From Rhodospirillales bacterium (GTDB taxonomy: Bacteria; Pseudomonadota; Alphaproteobacteria; Rhodospirillales; UBA2165), in contig JAJDXO010000024.1 in assembly GCA_022823235.1 (NCBI GenBank), positions 10,280 to 74,279 on the forward strand: 64,000 bases of DNA, in the 5' to 3' direction. The position numbers were made by a program, and so were the translations under genes. Below, in pieces: positions 9,378-17,900 of the stretch (position 1 is the first letter of the stretch; every line of letters begins with the position of its first letter). The notes under the pieces were generated by a model that did no database searches, was not told the origin of the DNA, and saw only the letters and a list, made by a program, of their open reading frames with translations.

Positions 9378-11482
9378 GAGGAATACCCCGCCACGGTGAT
9401 GATCAGGTTGAGATAGTCGTCCACCTCCAGGGTGTCGCCGGGAAACAGGACCGTGGTCGAGGCATGTTCCTCGACAACGGCGGGCCCCTCGATCCTGTGG
9501 CCCGGTTTCAAACGGGTGCGGTCGAAGGACGGCGTCTCCCGGTAGCCCGCGTTCCTGTCGAAGCAGATTTGGCGGCTGCCGGCCGCGGCATCGGAGGCGC
9601 CGCCGGCGCCCTCGTTCGGATAGGCCCGGAGCTCGGGAACCGGCATCTTCCCGACGATCGAGCTTCTCAGACTGACGATCTCCCCGGGCTCGGCCGGCGC
9701 GTTGGTGCCGTAGCGCTCGAGGTGAACCTTGTCGAATTCCCGTTTGATGCCGTCCCGGTCCTCGTCGGCAAACAGCTTATCATCAAGCGGAACCGTGACC
9801 GGGTGCTCCTGACCGACATAACGCATGTCCGCGGCGCGCGAGATCACGATTCCCTCCGGCTCGATGGAGGTCCTGCGGATCGCCTCCCGGCCCTGTTCGG
9901 CCATTTCGCCGTAGGTTTGCTCCATCACGCCGAATTCCATATCCGCCAGCCGGCCCGGCGCGGTGCGGACGTAGTCGTATCGAAGATCCGAGAACAGCAT
10001 GCCGAAGGCCGAGAAGTGCCCGGGCGACAGCGGGACGATGATGGTCTTCATGCCGATCTCGCGGGCGACCTGGGTGGCGTGCAAGGGCCCGGCGCCGCCA
10101 TAGGCCACCATGGAGAAGCTCGCCGCGTCCAGCCCCCGCTCGGTGGAGACGCCCTTGACCGCATAGGACATGGCCGTCGACGCAATCCTGAGAATACCTT
10201 CGGCGGCCTCCGTAACATCAAGGCCGAGCGGCTCGGCAACCTGCGTCGCAATGGCCCTTTCGGCGGCTTCCCGGTCCAGTTTCATCTCGCCGCCCAGGAA
10301 GCGGTCCGCGTCCAAACGGCCCAGCACAAGATTGGCGTCCGTCACCGTCGGCCGGTTTCCGCCGAGGCCGTAACAGGCCGGGCCGGGGTCCGCGCCGGCG
10401 CTTTCCGGCCCCACGTGAAGGGCGCCGGACTCGTCCAAAAGGGCGAGGCTGCCGCCGCCGGTGCCGACCTCGAAGATATCCATCATGGCGATCTGAACGG
10501 GCAATCCCTGCTCGTAACCGCCTATCAGCGTGTCGCCGATGGTCAGCACCTCGCCGTTATGGATCACGCCGGACTTGGCGGTGGTGCCCCCCATATCGAA
10601 GGAAATCGCGTCCTCAAGGCCGAGAATATGGCAAAGGGCGCGCGTTCCGATGACCCCCGCCGCCGGGCCCGACTCCAACATCCGGACGCATTCGGAACGG
10701 GCCTGCCCGGCTTCAAAAAGGCCGCCGGTGGACTGGACCACGAGGAAGGAGCCATCGAAGCCGCTTGCCCTGATGTGGCTGTCGATCCCGTCCACATAGC
10801 CGCGCACCGTGGGTCCGATGTAGGCATTGGCCGCCACGGTGGAGCAGCGTTCATACTCCCGGTATTCCTGGGACAGTTCGTGGGAGACCGTGACGAAGAC
10901 CCCCGGGAGTTCCTCTTCCAATATTTCGCGCGCCCGGATTTCGTGGACGGGATTTCGATAGGCGTGCAGAAACAGGACGGCGATGCTTTCGATGCCGTCG
11001 AGTCCCTTGGCGAGCCGCCGAAGCGCCGTCTCGTTCAGGGGCGTGCGGATCTCGCCCTCGGCGTACATGCGCTCCGGCACTTCGAAACGTTTGGCCCGCT
11101 CGATCAACGGCACGTGTTTCTTGAAATAAAGGTTATAGGCGTCCGGCCGGTTGACCCTGCCGATTTCATAGATGTCGCGGAACCCCTCGGTGATGACCAA
11201 CGCCGTATCGGCGCCGGTGCGCTCCAGGATCGTGTTGATGGCGATGGTGGAGCCGTGGAGGAACAGCGAGGCATCGGCGTATTCGAGGCCCGCCTTGGCG
11301 ACGCCGCCGCTGATGCCGTCGACGAGGGCGGCTGGGGTCGACAAGGTTTTTCCCCAGGAAAGCCTGCCCGTTCCTTCGTCGAACGCGGCGACATCGGTAA
11401 ACGTGCCGCCTATGTCTGTAGCAATTCGTACTCTGCGGCCTGATACGGTATTTTTTATATATTTATCAATATACTGTGGCAT
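9374..11482 (-). CDS. Hydantoinase A / 5-oxoprolinase family ATP-binding subunit (copy 1)
   Basis: DIGGTFTD, HGSTIAINT, ESGPAAG and DMGGTTAK. Start placed at ATG 11482 by comparison with copy 2. Confidence 0.92.
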   Translation of the reverse strand: MPQYIDKYIKNTVSGRRVRIATDIGGTFTDVAAFDEGTGRLSWGKTLSTPAALVDGISGGVAKAGLEYADASLFLHGSTIAINTILERTGADTALVITEGFRDIYEIGRVNRPDAYNLYFKKHVPLIERAKRFEVPERMYAEGEIRTPLNETALRRLAKGLDGIESIAVLFLHAYRNPVHEIRAREILEEELPGVFVTVSHELSQEYREYERCSTVAANAYIGPTVRGYVDGIDSHIRASGFDGSFLVVQSTGGLFEAGQARSECVRMLESGPAAGVIGTRALCHILGLEDAISFDMGGTTAKSGVIHNGEVLTIGDTLIGGYEQGLPVQIAMMDIFEVGTGGGSLALLDESGALHVGPESAGADPGPACYGLGGNRPTVTDANLVLGRLDADRFLGGEMKLDREAAERAIATQVAEPLGLDVTEAAEGILRIASTAMSYAVKGVSTERGLDAASFSMVAYGGAGPLHATQVAREIGMKTIIVPLSPGHFSAFGMLFSDLRYDYVRTAPGRLADMEFGVMEQTYGEMAEQGREAIRRTSIEPEGIVISRAADMRYVGQEHPVTVPLDDKLFADEDRDGIKREFDKVHLERYGTNAPAEPGEIVSLRSSIVGKMPVPELRAYPNEGAGGASDAAAGSRQICFDRNAGYRETPSFDRTRLKPGHRIEGPAVVEEHASTTVLFPGDTLEVDDYLNLIITVAGYSS

Positions 11483-11508
11483 TTCTCGGCCCGATAGATA
11501 ACTGGCAA

Positions 11509-11684
11509 AATCGGGCCAGCGTAAGCATGCTGAAAGAGGATTCACTCCAACGCCGGGTTTTGAATCGCCGACAGGCTGCCGGCGGGACCGCCGAGGAACG
11601 AACCCGCATCGAGCGCTCTCGACGCCGGCCACGACACTCCCTAGCATGGTAACAGCGAAATTGCGGAGCGTCACCGCGACCCGA
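11509..11684 (-). ncRNA. Conserved 176-bp non-coding leader, copy 1 (candidate promoter plus structured 5' UTR)
   Basis: 165/176 identical, ungapped, to 63609-63784; ends 26 nt upstream of the hydantoinase A start. The repeat is certain; the RNA function is inferred. Confidence 0.55.
11646..11674 (-). promoter_or_regulatory. Putative sigma70 promoter, copy 1
   Basis: -35 GTGACG (11674-11669), 17-nt spacer ending in TGt (extended -10), then -10 TACCAT (11651-11646). Confidence 0.5.
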
Positions 11685-11812
11685 AGCGGAGGAAGACGTG
11701 CGCGGTGCTACGCAGCCAGATTGCAGGCCTGAAAAGTTGGGCGGATACCCGCGTATATGACCCGGTCCCGTATACGTAGAAGACATAGATCCCAAAGGAC
11801 TTTGAAAGCTGA

Positions 11813-12191
11813 TCACGTAATCAGAGTTTGGCGCCGGCGGCGGGCTACCGCCACCCGTCCACGCTCAACGGCGAACAGAGTTTTTTTGAAGCTCAGTCCC
11901 TCGCGCTTGAGAAACCGCCGGCGACGTCCCCCCATCCGGCCCGGCGAAACGCTCCCCATTGCCCGGTAGCGCTGTGACCACTTAACCACGCTCGAAACCG
12001 AAACACCAAAACGTGACGCGACTGCCCGGCAGCTCTCGCCCGCCGCGAACGCCAAAACAACGCGCTCTCGAAGATCATTCGAATAAGGTGGGGTCATGGG
12101 TGCTGGCCTTCTTGCCCAGCATCCATCTTGAATCACAAATCAAACCCTGAGGGAAACCCATATCGATTCCGAATAAACGTGAAACGCTCTA
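11813..12191 (-). mobile_element. IS630-family remnant: left end plus an internally deleted transposase orfA
   Basis: ORF 12097-11813 reads YSNDLRERVV...SVVKWSQRYRAMGSVSPGRMGG joined directly to FLKREGLSFKKT; A7C slippery motif near 11880; left end begins TAGAGCG at a CTAG site. Confidence 0.8.
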
Positions 12192-13136
12192 GATAGCCTC
12201 CCGGCCATAGTATAAATTGACGACATGCTCGGCATCGGCAAATAGAAGCCAGCGTTCGATGACGACACCTGTGGCGCTGGCAATGACGGCGGCGCCCGCC
12301 GCGAACAAGCCGAACATTCCCGGAAGCACAAGAATTAGGGCCAGCAGAAGGGCCGGAGTTATAAAACAAAGGGTAAGCACGTGCCGCCTCAGCCGTTCAG
12401 AGTGTCTTCGCGCAATGGCGTATCCCATTTCCTTGTTGAGGTAATTGGGAGCTGTGTGGGGCGGGTCGAGAGGCCTGACATTGCCGAACTGTTTCAGGCC
12501 GGTGGCCGACTCGACTGTGTGCTCGCGCGATCTTGTATTGAGGAATGCCCAATACTTTAATTTCAATGCCAGCGCGGCAAGCAGCGCCGCAATGGCGATC
12601 ATGACGGCCCACGCCTGCCAAATACCGAAAGCTAACATTAGAAAGTTGAGGAGAACCGCACCGGTCGCCAGAGCGAGGAATAAAAATACCGGCGGCACCA
12701 GACCATTGTGCCACTGCGGGATGGTCTTCAAGGATGCATAGATCATCGCCGTGCTATAGACCGTCGCGACAGAGAAGAACGCCGTCAGCCATGCCATAAG
12801 GTTCCACACCGAAGACGTCGTCTCAAAATATATCCACCCGATCGCGAGCACGCCTGACGGCACATAAGTGAAAACGGCGAGCACCCCCTCCCGGGAGAGC
12901 CACGAGGACCGCCATTGAGAGAAGGCGCGCCAGGAGCGCTCCGGATGACCTAGGTGAAAAGTTGAGGAAAGGAGGCCGCCGGAGATCAGCCCGAGGGCAA
13001 TCGCAAAGCCCGCAAGTCCAAACCAGCGCTCGGCGGGAAGCAGACCAAGCGCCCCCAAAATCGCCAGCAAAAACAACAGTCCGTATCCGGCCCCTGAGGA
13101 GGTGGTGAAAAAAATGACGGAATATGCCGGGTGCAT
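12189..13136 (-). CDS. soeC: Sulfite:quinone oxidoreductase membrane anchor (DmsC/NrfD family)
   Basis: MHPAYSVIFFT, HLGHPERSWRAFSQWRSSWLSRE and ERWLLF; context xsc-pta-soeAB. Confidence 0.85.
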   Translation of the reverse strand: MHPAYSVIFFTTSSGAGYGLLFLLAILGALGLLPAERWFGLAGFAIALGLISGGLLSSTFHLGHPERSWRAFSQWRSSWLSREGVLAVFTYVPSGVLAIGWIYFETTSSVWNLMAWLTAFFSVATVYSTAMIYASLKTIPQWHNGLVPPVFLFLALATGAVLLNFLMLAFGIWQAWAVMIAIAALLAALALKLKYWAFLNTRSREHTVESATGLKQFGNVRPLDPPHTAPNYLNKEMGYAIARRHSERLRRHVLTLCFITPALLLALILVLPGMFGLFAAGAAVIASATGVVIERWLLFADAEHVVNLYYGREAI

Positions 13137-13150
13137 TGTCGGCGCGTCCC

Positions 13151-13909
13151 TCAATCGGACAACATTCGGTCGGCCCACCCGAAAAACTTCTCGACGGCCG
13201 TAGGAGCGTGAACGGCATCAATTTGCGCCGGCCTCTCTCCGGCGGGTTTTGCATGGGAGCGGTCAACCTCCCTCGTTCGCGGCGGCAGATATTTGTTGAC
13301 CGGTCTGTACCCAAGCTCGGGCAGCAGGTCGTATCCTTCGCGTTCCTTGACGACTTTTGAAACGATGCTGTCCGGATCGCCCAAATCACCGAAATGCCTC
13401 GCGCCGGTTGGGCAGGCCATTACGCAGGCCGGCACTCGATCAGCTTCCGGCAGGTTGTCGTTATATATGCGATCCACGCAGAGGGTGCACTTTTTCATGA
13501 CGCCGTGGCTCTGATCGTATTCCCGGGCGCCATAGGGGCACGCCCACGAACAGAGTTTACAGCCGATGCAGGTGTCGGGATTGACCAGCACGATTCCATC
13601 TTCGGACCGCTTGTACGAGGCCCCTGTCGGACAGACCGTTACGCAGTCCGGTTCCTCACAGTGCAGACAGGAGCGTGGAAAATGGACTGTCCGGCCGCCG
13701 GTTCCGTCACCGGCTTCAAAGCTGTGAATCCGGTTCAACCATGGACCGTGGGGGTCGTTGCCATAGGCGTCGATATCGGAAAGCGGCGCCGAGTATCCGC
13801 CGGTATTCCATTCCTTGCAGCTTACGGCACAGGCGTGACACCCGACGCAAATATCGAGATCTATGACCAGCCCCAACTTCTTGCCGGTTGCCGGCGGAAG
13901 CGTTGTCAT
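13151..13909 (-). CDS. soeB: Sulfite dehydrogenase 4Fe-4S subunit
   Basis: Four Cys clusters: CVGCHACAVSC, CLHCEEPDCVTVC, CIGCKLCSWAC and KCTLC...C. Confidence 0.88.
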   Translation of the reverse strand: MTTLPPATGKKLGLVIDLDICVGCHACAVSCKEWNTGGYSAPLSDIDAYGNDPHGPWLNRIHSFEAGDGTGGRTVHFPRSCLHCEEPDCVTVCPTGASYKRSEDGIVLVNPDTCIGCKLCSWACPYGAREYDQSHGVMKKCTLCVDRIYNDNLPEADRVPACVMACPTGARHFGDLGDPDSIVSKVVKEREGYDLLPELGYRPVNKYLPPRTREVDRSHAKPAGERPAQIDAVHAPTAVEKFFGWADRMLSD

Positions 13910-16782
13910 GTCGTTGCGTCCCCAAACTCGGCGCCATATCGCAGATTGGCCGGGGCCGGCGGCACGACGGCCGGCCGGCCGATCACTTCGAATTGGGGAA
14001 GCGAGACCCCGTCGACCGTGTCCACCGCTTTTGCGATGCGGACGCGGAGGTCATACCAGGCGGCCTGCCCGGTAACCGGATCGCTGTTCGAGTAGCGGTA
14101 GCTGTCACCCCGTTTAGGAAGCAATTCGGAAATGAGGTGGTTTAAAAGGAACCCTTGCCTTGACTCGGCCGCTTCAGGGTCGAGGTTCCAGGAACCCGCC
14201 CGTTTACCGATGGCATTCCACGTCCAGACAGTGTCCGGGTTTACGCCATCCATCAGTTTCACCTGCGTCCTGATGCGGCCAATATGGCTGCTTACCCACA
14301 CCCAGTCTTCATCGGCGATACCCAGTTCGGCCGCGCGTCCACGATGAATATAGAGCCGATTGTGGCCATGAATCTGCCGGAGCCAGGCATTTTGCGAGCC
14401 CCACGAATGGTACATCGCCATCGGGCGCTGGGTGATGGCGTGCATGGGATATTCATCCTGGGTCACCATGGCTTCTTCAAAAGGCGGATACCAGAACGGC
14501 AGGGGGTCAAAATAGGTGCGTATCCGCTCGCGGTGCTCCGCCGGCGGCGTGACATTGCCGTGCCCCCGGGCAGCCAAGCGGAACTTTTGCATGGGCTCTA
14601 GGTAAATTTGAAAAAATACCGGCTTGTCCGTAATCCGGTAGCCGACTTTTACGGCCCAATCGATGTACGCTTTGTTCACGTGTCTGTAGTAGCGCTGGTC
14701 TTCGGGAATTTCGTGGACGGCGAAACAACCATTCTCGATATATTTCTCGATTTGGTTCGGGTTCGGCGTCCCGACTCCCCACTCGTCCTGAAATTCACCC
14801 CGCCAAGCGGACAGCGGCCCGATGCCCGGCTTGCGCTCATGATTGGCGATGTAGTCAGGATATCCGCCCGGGTAGAGGGGCGAGCCGTCATCCTTGGCAA
14901 AACCCGGCAAGCCCAATCGTGCGCCGAGATCGATGAGAACTTCCTGAAACGGCCGGACATTCCTGTCGGGCTGGACCACCGGCCGACGGATCGAGTCCGC
15001 GGCCGCATTCGGCTCGGAAATCGGCCGGTCCAACATCGAGATACAGTCCCATCGCTCGAGATAAGTGGTATCCGGCAGGATGAGGTCGGCGTAGGGAACC
15101 ATCTCGGAGTAATAGGCGTCCGAGTAGATGATTTTCGGGATGACATACTCACCGGTCCGGTCATCCTTGCCGGTGAGACTCTTGATGGTATCCGGAACAT
15201 TCATGGACGAGTTCCAGCTCATATTCGCCATGTACATGAACAACACGTCTATCGGATATGGATCCTGTTTGAACGCATTGTTGATGACCATATGCATGAG
15301 CCCGTGGGACGCGAATGGCGCATCCCAACTGAAGGCCTTGTCGATGCGCTGCGGGTTTCCGTCAGCGTCGATCAGCAGGTCTTCCGGCTCCGTGGGAAAT
15401 CCGAGATGCGGTCCCCCAAGGGGTTCAGATGGGCGGATATCTCCCGGCTTACCGGACGGTTTCAAGAGCGGCGGCGTTTGTTTTGGGTAGGGCGGTTTGA
15501 ACCGGAAACCGCCCGGGCAATCGATACTGCCCAGGAGGATTTGGAGTATGTGGATCATCCGGCAGGTATGGAAGCCGTTTGAATGCGCCGAAATGCCCCG
15601 CATGGCGTGCATGGATACCGGACGCCCAACGATCTTGTCGTGTTTTTCGCCCCGCCAATCGGTCCAGGAAACATCCAGGGTTATTTCCTGCTGGAATGCA
15701 ACCTGGGCCAGTTCGGCTGCAATCCGTCGTATTGTCTCCGCCGGAATATTCGTCTCCTCCGCGACCGCACCGGGCGAATACCTGTCCGACAAGAATCTTT
15801 TGACGAGGAGTTGAAACGCGGGTACCGCGACTTGTCCGGTCGACAGTGTGAATTCCCCGGAGAGGGCCGGCACCACATGTTTATCAATGGCCCCGGCGAG
15901 CCGCTCGTTTTGTCTGTCGAAGCACAGCGGCTGCCCATCTCCGTCGCGTGCGAACAAACCGTCTTCAGGCGACCCTTCGTCCTGGATTATGAGCCATCCG
16001 GCGTTTGTGTAGCGGATCAGAAAATCCAGATCGACGTTTTCGGTCCGGAGGAGTTCGTGAATGAGCGCTCCAACCAATAGCCCATCCGTGCCCGGCCGGA
16101 TTCCGAGCCATTCGTCGGCAATGGCGGAGTATCCCGTCCTAACGGGATTGACCGATACGAACTTCGTTCCACGCCCCTTCAGTTTGCCAAGGGCTGCCTT
16201 GAGCGGATTGGAACCGTGCTCCTCAGCCACGCCAAACATGAGAAAGTATTTGGTGTGTTCCCAATCCGGCTCCCCAAACTCCCAAAATGAGCCGCCCAAC
16301 GTGTACAGTCCGGCCGTTGCCATGTTGACGGAACAGAATCCGCCGTGAGCGGCAAAATTCGGCGTCCCGAATTGAATGGCCCAAAAACCGGTCAGTGACT
16401 GGCTTTGGTCCCGTCCAGTAAAAAAAGCGAGTCGTCTAGGGTCATTCTCCCTGACCTTGCCAAGCCACTTCGTCGCCAATTCGAGGGCTTCATCCCATGA
16501 TATTTCCTTGAACTCCCCGCTGCCCCGATCCCCTGTTCTGAGCATCGGTGCCGTAAGCCTTGCGGGAGAGTATTGCTGCATGATCCCGGCCGACCCTTTC
16601 CCGCACAGGATGCCTTTGTTGACGGGGTGGTCAGGGTTCCCTTCGATGTAACGGATTTTTCCGTTCTTAAGGTGGACCTTGATCCCGCAACGGCAGGCAC
16701 ACATGTAACAAGTGGTGGTTTTCACTTCGTCGGAGACGAGAGGAGAGGTGTCTATCGTCGGTTGGCTATTGGCGGCGGTCAT
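13906..16782 (-). CDS. soeA: Sulfite dehydrogenase molybdopterin subunit (cytoplasmic, no Tat signal)
   Basis: CYMCACRCG...C, GFCSVNM and LPDTTYLE; lies downstream of pta and xsc. Confidence 0.88.
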   Translation of the reverse strand: MTAANSQPTIDTSPLVSDEVKTTTCYMCACRCGIKVHLKNGKIRYIEGNPDHPVNKGILCGKGSAGIMQQYSPARLTAPMLRTGDRGSGEFKEISWDEALELATKWLGKVRENDPRRLAFFTGRDQSQSLTGFWAIQFGTPNFAAHGGFCSVNMATAGLYTLGGSFWEFGEPDWEHTKYFLMFGVAEEHGSNPLKAALGKLKGRGTKFVSVNPVRTGYSAIADEWLGIRPGTDGLLVGALIHELLRTENVDLDFLIRYTNAGWLIIQDEGSPEDGLFARDGDGQPLCFDRQNERLAGAIDKHVVPALSGEFTLSTGQVAVPAFQLLVKRFLSDRYSPGAVAEETNIPAETIRRIAAELAQVAFQQEITLDVSWTDWRGEKHDKIVGRPVSMHAMRGISAHSNGFHTCRMIHILQILLGSIDCPGGFRFKPPYPKQTPPLLKPSGKPGDIRPSEPLGGPHLGFPTEPEDLLIDADGNPQRIDKAFSWDAPFASHGLMHMVINNAFKQDPYPIDVLFMYMANMSWNSSMNVPDTIKSLTGKDDRTGEYVIPKIIYSDAYYSEMVPYADLILPDTTYLERWDCISMLDRPISEPNAAADSIRRPVVQPDRNVRPFQEVLIDLGARLGLPGFAKDDGSPLYPGGYPDYIANHERKPGIGPLSAWRGEFQDEWGVGTPNPNQIEKYIENGCFAVHEIPEDQRYYRHVNKAYIDWAVKVGYRITDKPVFFQIYLEPMQKFRLAARGHGNVTPPAEHRERIRTYFDPLPFWYPPFEEAMVTQDEYPMHAITQRPMAMYHSWGSQNAWLRQIHGHNRLYIHRGRAAELGIADEDWVWVSSHIGRIRTQVKLMDGVNPDTVWTWNAIGKRAGSWNLDPEAAESRQGFLLNHLISELLPKRGDSYRYSNSDPVTGQAAWYDLRVRIAKAVDTVDGVSLPQFEVIGRPAVVPPAPANLRYGAEFGDATT

Positions 16783-16794
16783 TGTTATTCCCGG

Positions 16795-17826
16795 CTAGGC
16801 TGGTGCGGCTGAGTTGATTTTTTTTTGGTCCGTGACCTGGGCTTGAACGCTCGTTACCGCAATCATCCGGTAAATGTCCTCCGCACTGCAGCCGCGGGAT
16901 AAGTCGTTCGCGGGCTTCGCCAGTCCTTGTAGTATCGGTCCAATCGCCTTTGCCTTGCCGATCCGCTCGGCGATCTTGTAGCCGATGTTCCCGGAATTTA
17001 GGTCTGGGAAGATCATGACGTTTGCGTTGCCGGCGACAGCGGATTCCGGGGCTTTTAGGTTTCCAATCTCGGGCACGAACGAAGCGTCGAACTGAATGCC
17101 ACCCTCGACGGGAATGTCAGGCCGAAGCTCCTTGAGCCGCCTCGCCGCATTGTCGACCTTGTCGACGAGTTGGTGACCCGCGCTTTGACGTGTCGAGAAC
17201 GACAACATGGCCAGTTTGGGGTCCAGGTTCAGGAGCGTATTGGCGCTGTCTGCTGTCGCTGAAGCAATTTGAACAAGCTGCTCTTCGTCCGGGTCCACGA
17301 TCAATGCGCAATCCGCGAAGAGTATTGACCCCTTGAAATCGTGGAATTCTTCTTCCAACAGCATGATGAAAAAGCTGGACACCAGGGAGTAACGATTGTC
17401 GATTCCAATTACCTGAAAGGCTGTTCGGACCACGTCCGCGGTTGTGCGTGTGGCCCCGCCAAGGGATCCTGCCGCATCACCTTCCCGGACCATGAGATCG
17501 GCAAATATCAAAGGGTCCGAAACCGCCGACTCGGCTGACTTTTCATCGACGCCTTTGTGTTTTCTCAATTGGTAGAAGGTGTCCGCATAACCGTGTCTAG
17601 CCGGTGACTTGTCCGGTTCAATCACATTTATGGTGGAAACGTCACCGCCGAACTCTTTGAGGGTAGGCCGAATGTTGTCCGGGTCTCCGAGAATTGTAAC
17701 AACGGCGAGGCCATCGCGGGCGGCACGGAGGCCGCCTTCGATCACACGCTCGTCTCCTCCCTCCGCCAGAACGATGTGTTTAGGATTGGAACGGGCCCGG
17801 CTGATTATGGAATCGAACTGGCTCAT
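16795..17826 (-). CDS. pta: Phosphate acetyltransferase
   Basis: IVLAEGGDERV, LAMLSFST, IQFDAS, FPDLNSGNIGYK and GPILQG. Confidence 0.92.
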   Translation of the reverse strand: MSQFDSIISRARSNPKHIVLAEGGDERVIEGGLRAARDGLAVVTILGDPDNIRPTLKEFGGDVSTINVIEPDKSPARHGYADTFYQLRKHKGVDEKSAESAVSDPLIFADLMVREGDAAGSLGGATRTTADVVRTAFQVIGIDNRYSLVSSFFIMLLEEEFHDFKGSILFADCALIVDPDEEQLVQIASATADSANTLLNLDPKLAMLSFSTRQSAGHQLVDKVDNAARRLKELRPDIPVEGGIQFDASFVPEIGNLKAPESAVAGNANVMIFPDLNSGNIGYKIAERIGKAKAIGPILQGLAKPANDLSRGCSAEDIYRMIAVTSVQAQVTDQKKINSAAPA

Positions 17827-17900
17827 TCGACTGGCCGGAATGCCTCTATCGGGAGTCCGGGGGACCGGAGGGACACCACCTGGGACGTCCCTTCCCGCCC

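Noticed and set aside
7653-11443. Long plus-strand ORFs 7653-9416 and 9464-11443 (likewise 59749-61809 and 2314-3750)
   Set aside because: Antisense shadows of well-supported genes.
11483-11674. 64-codon N-terminal extension of hydantoinase A in the ORF track, or a leader peptide
   Set aside because: In copy 2 the same frame hits TGA after 52 codons and is out of frame with the gene; most differences are non-synonymous, so conservation is not at protein level.
11466-11816. 116-aa ORF spanning the IS end and the leader
   Set aside because: No recognisable motifs, and it overlaps the non-coding repeat.
12189-16782. DMSO, polysulfide or tetrathionate reductase interpretation
   Set aside because: No Tat signal on the Mo subunit, and xsc-pta synteny favours SoeABC.
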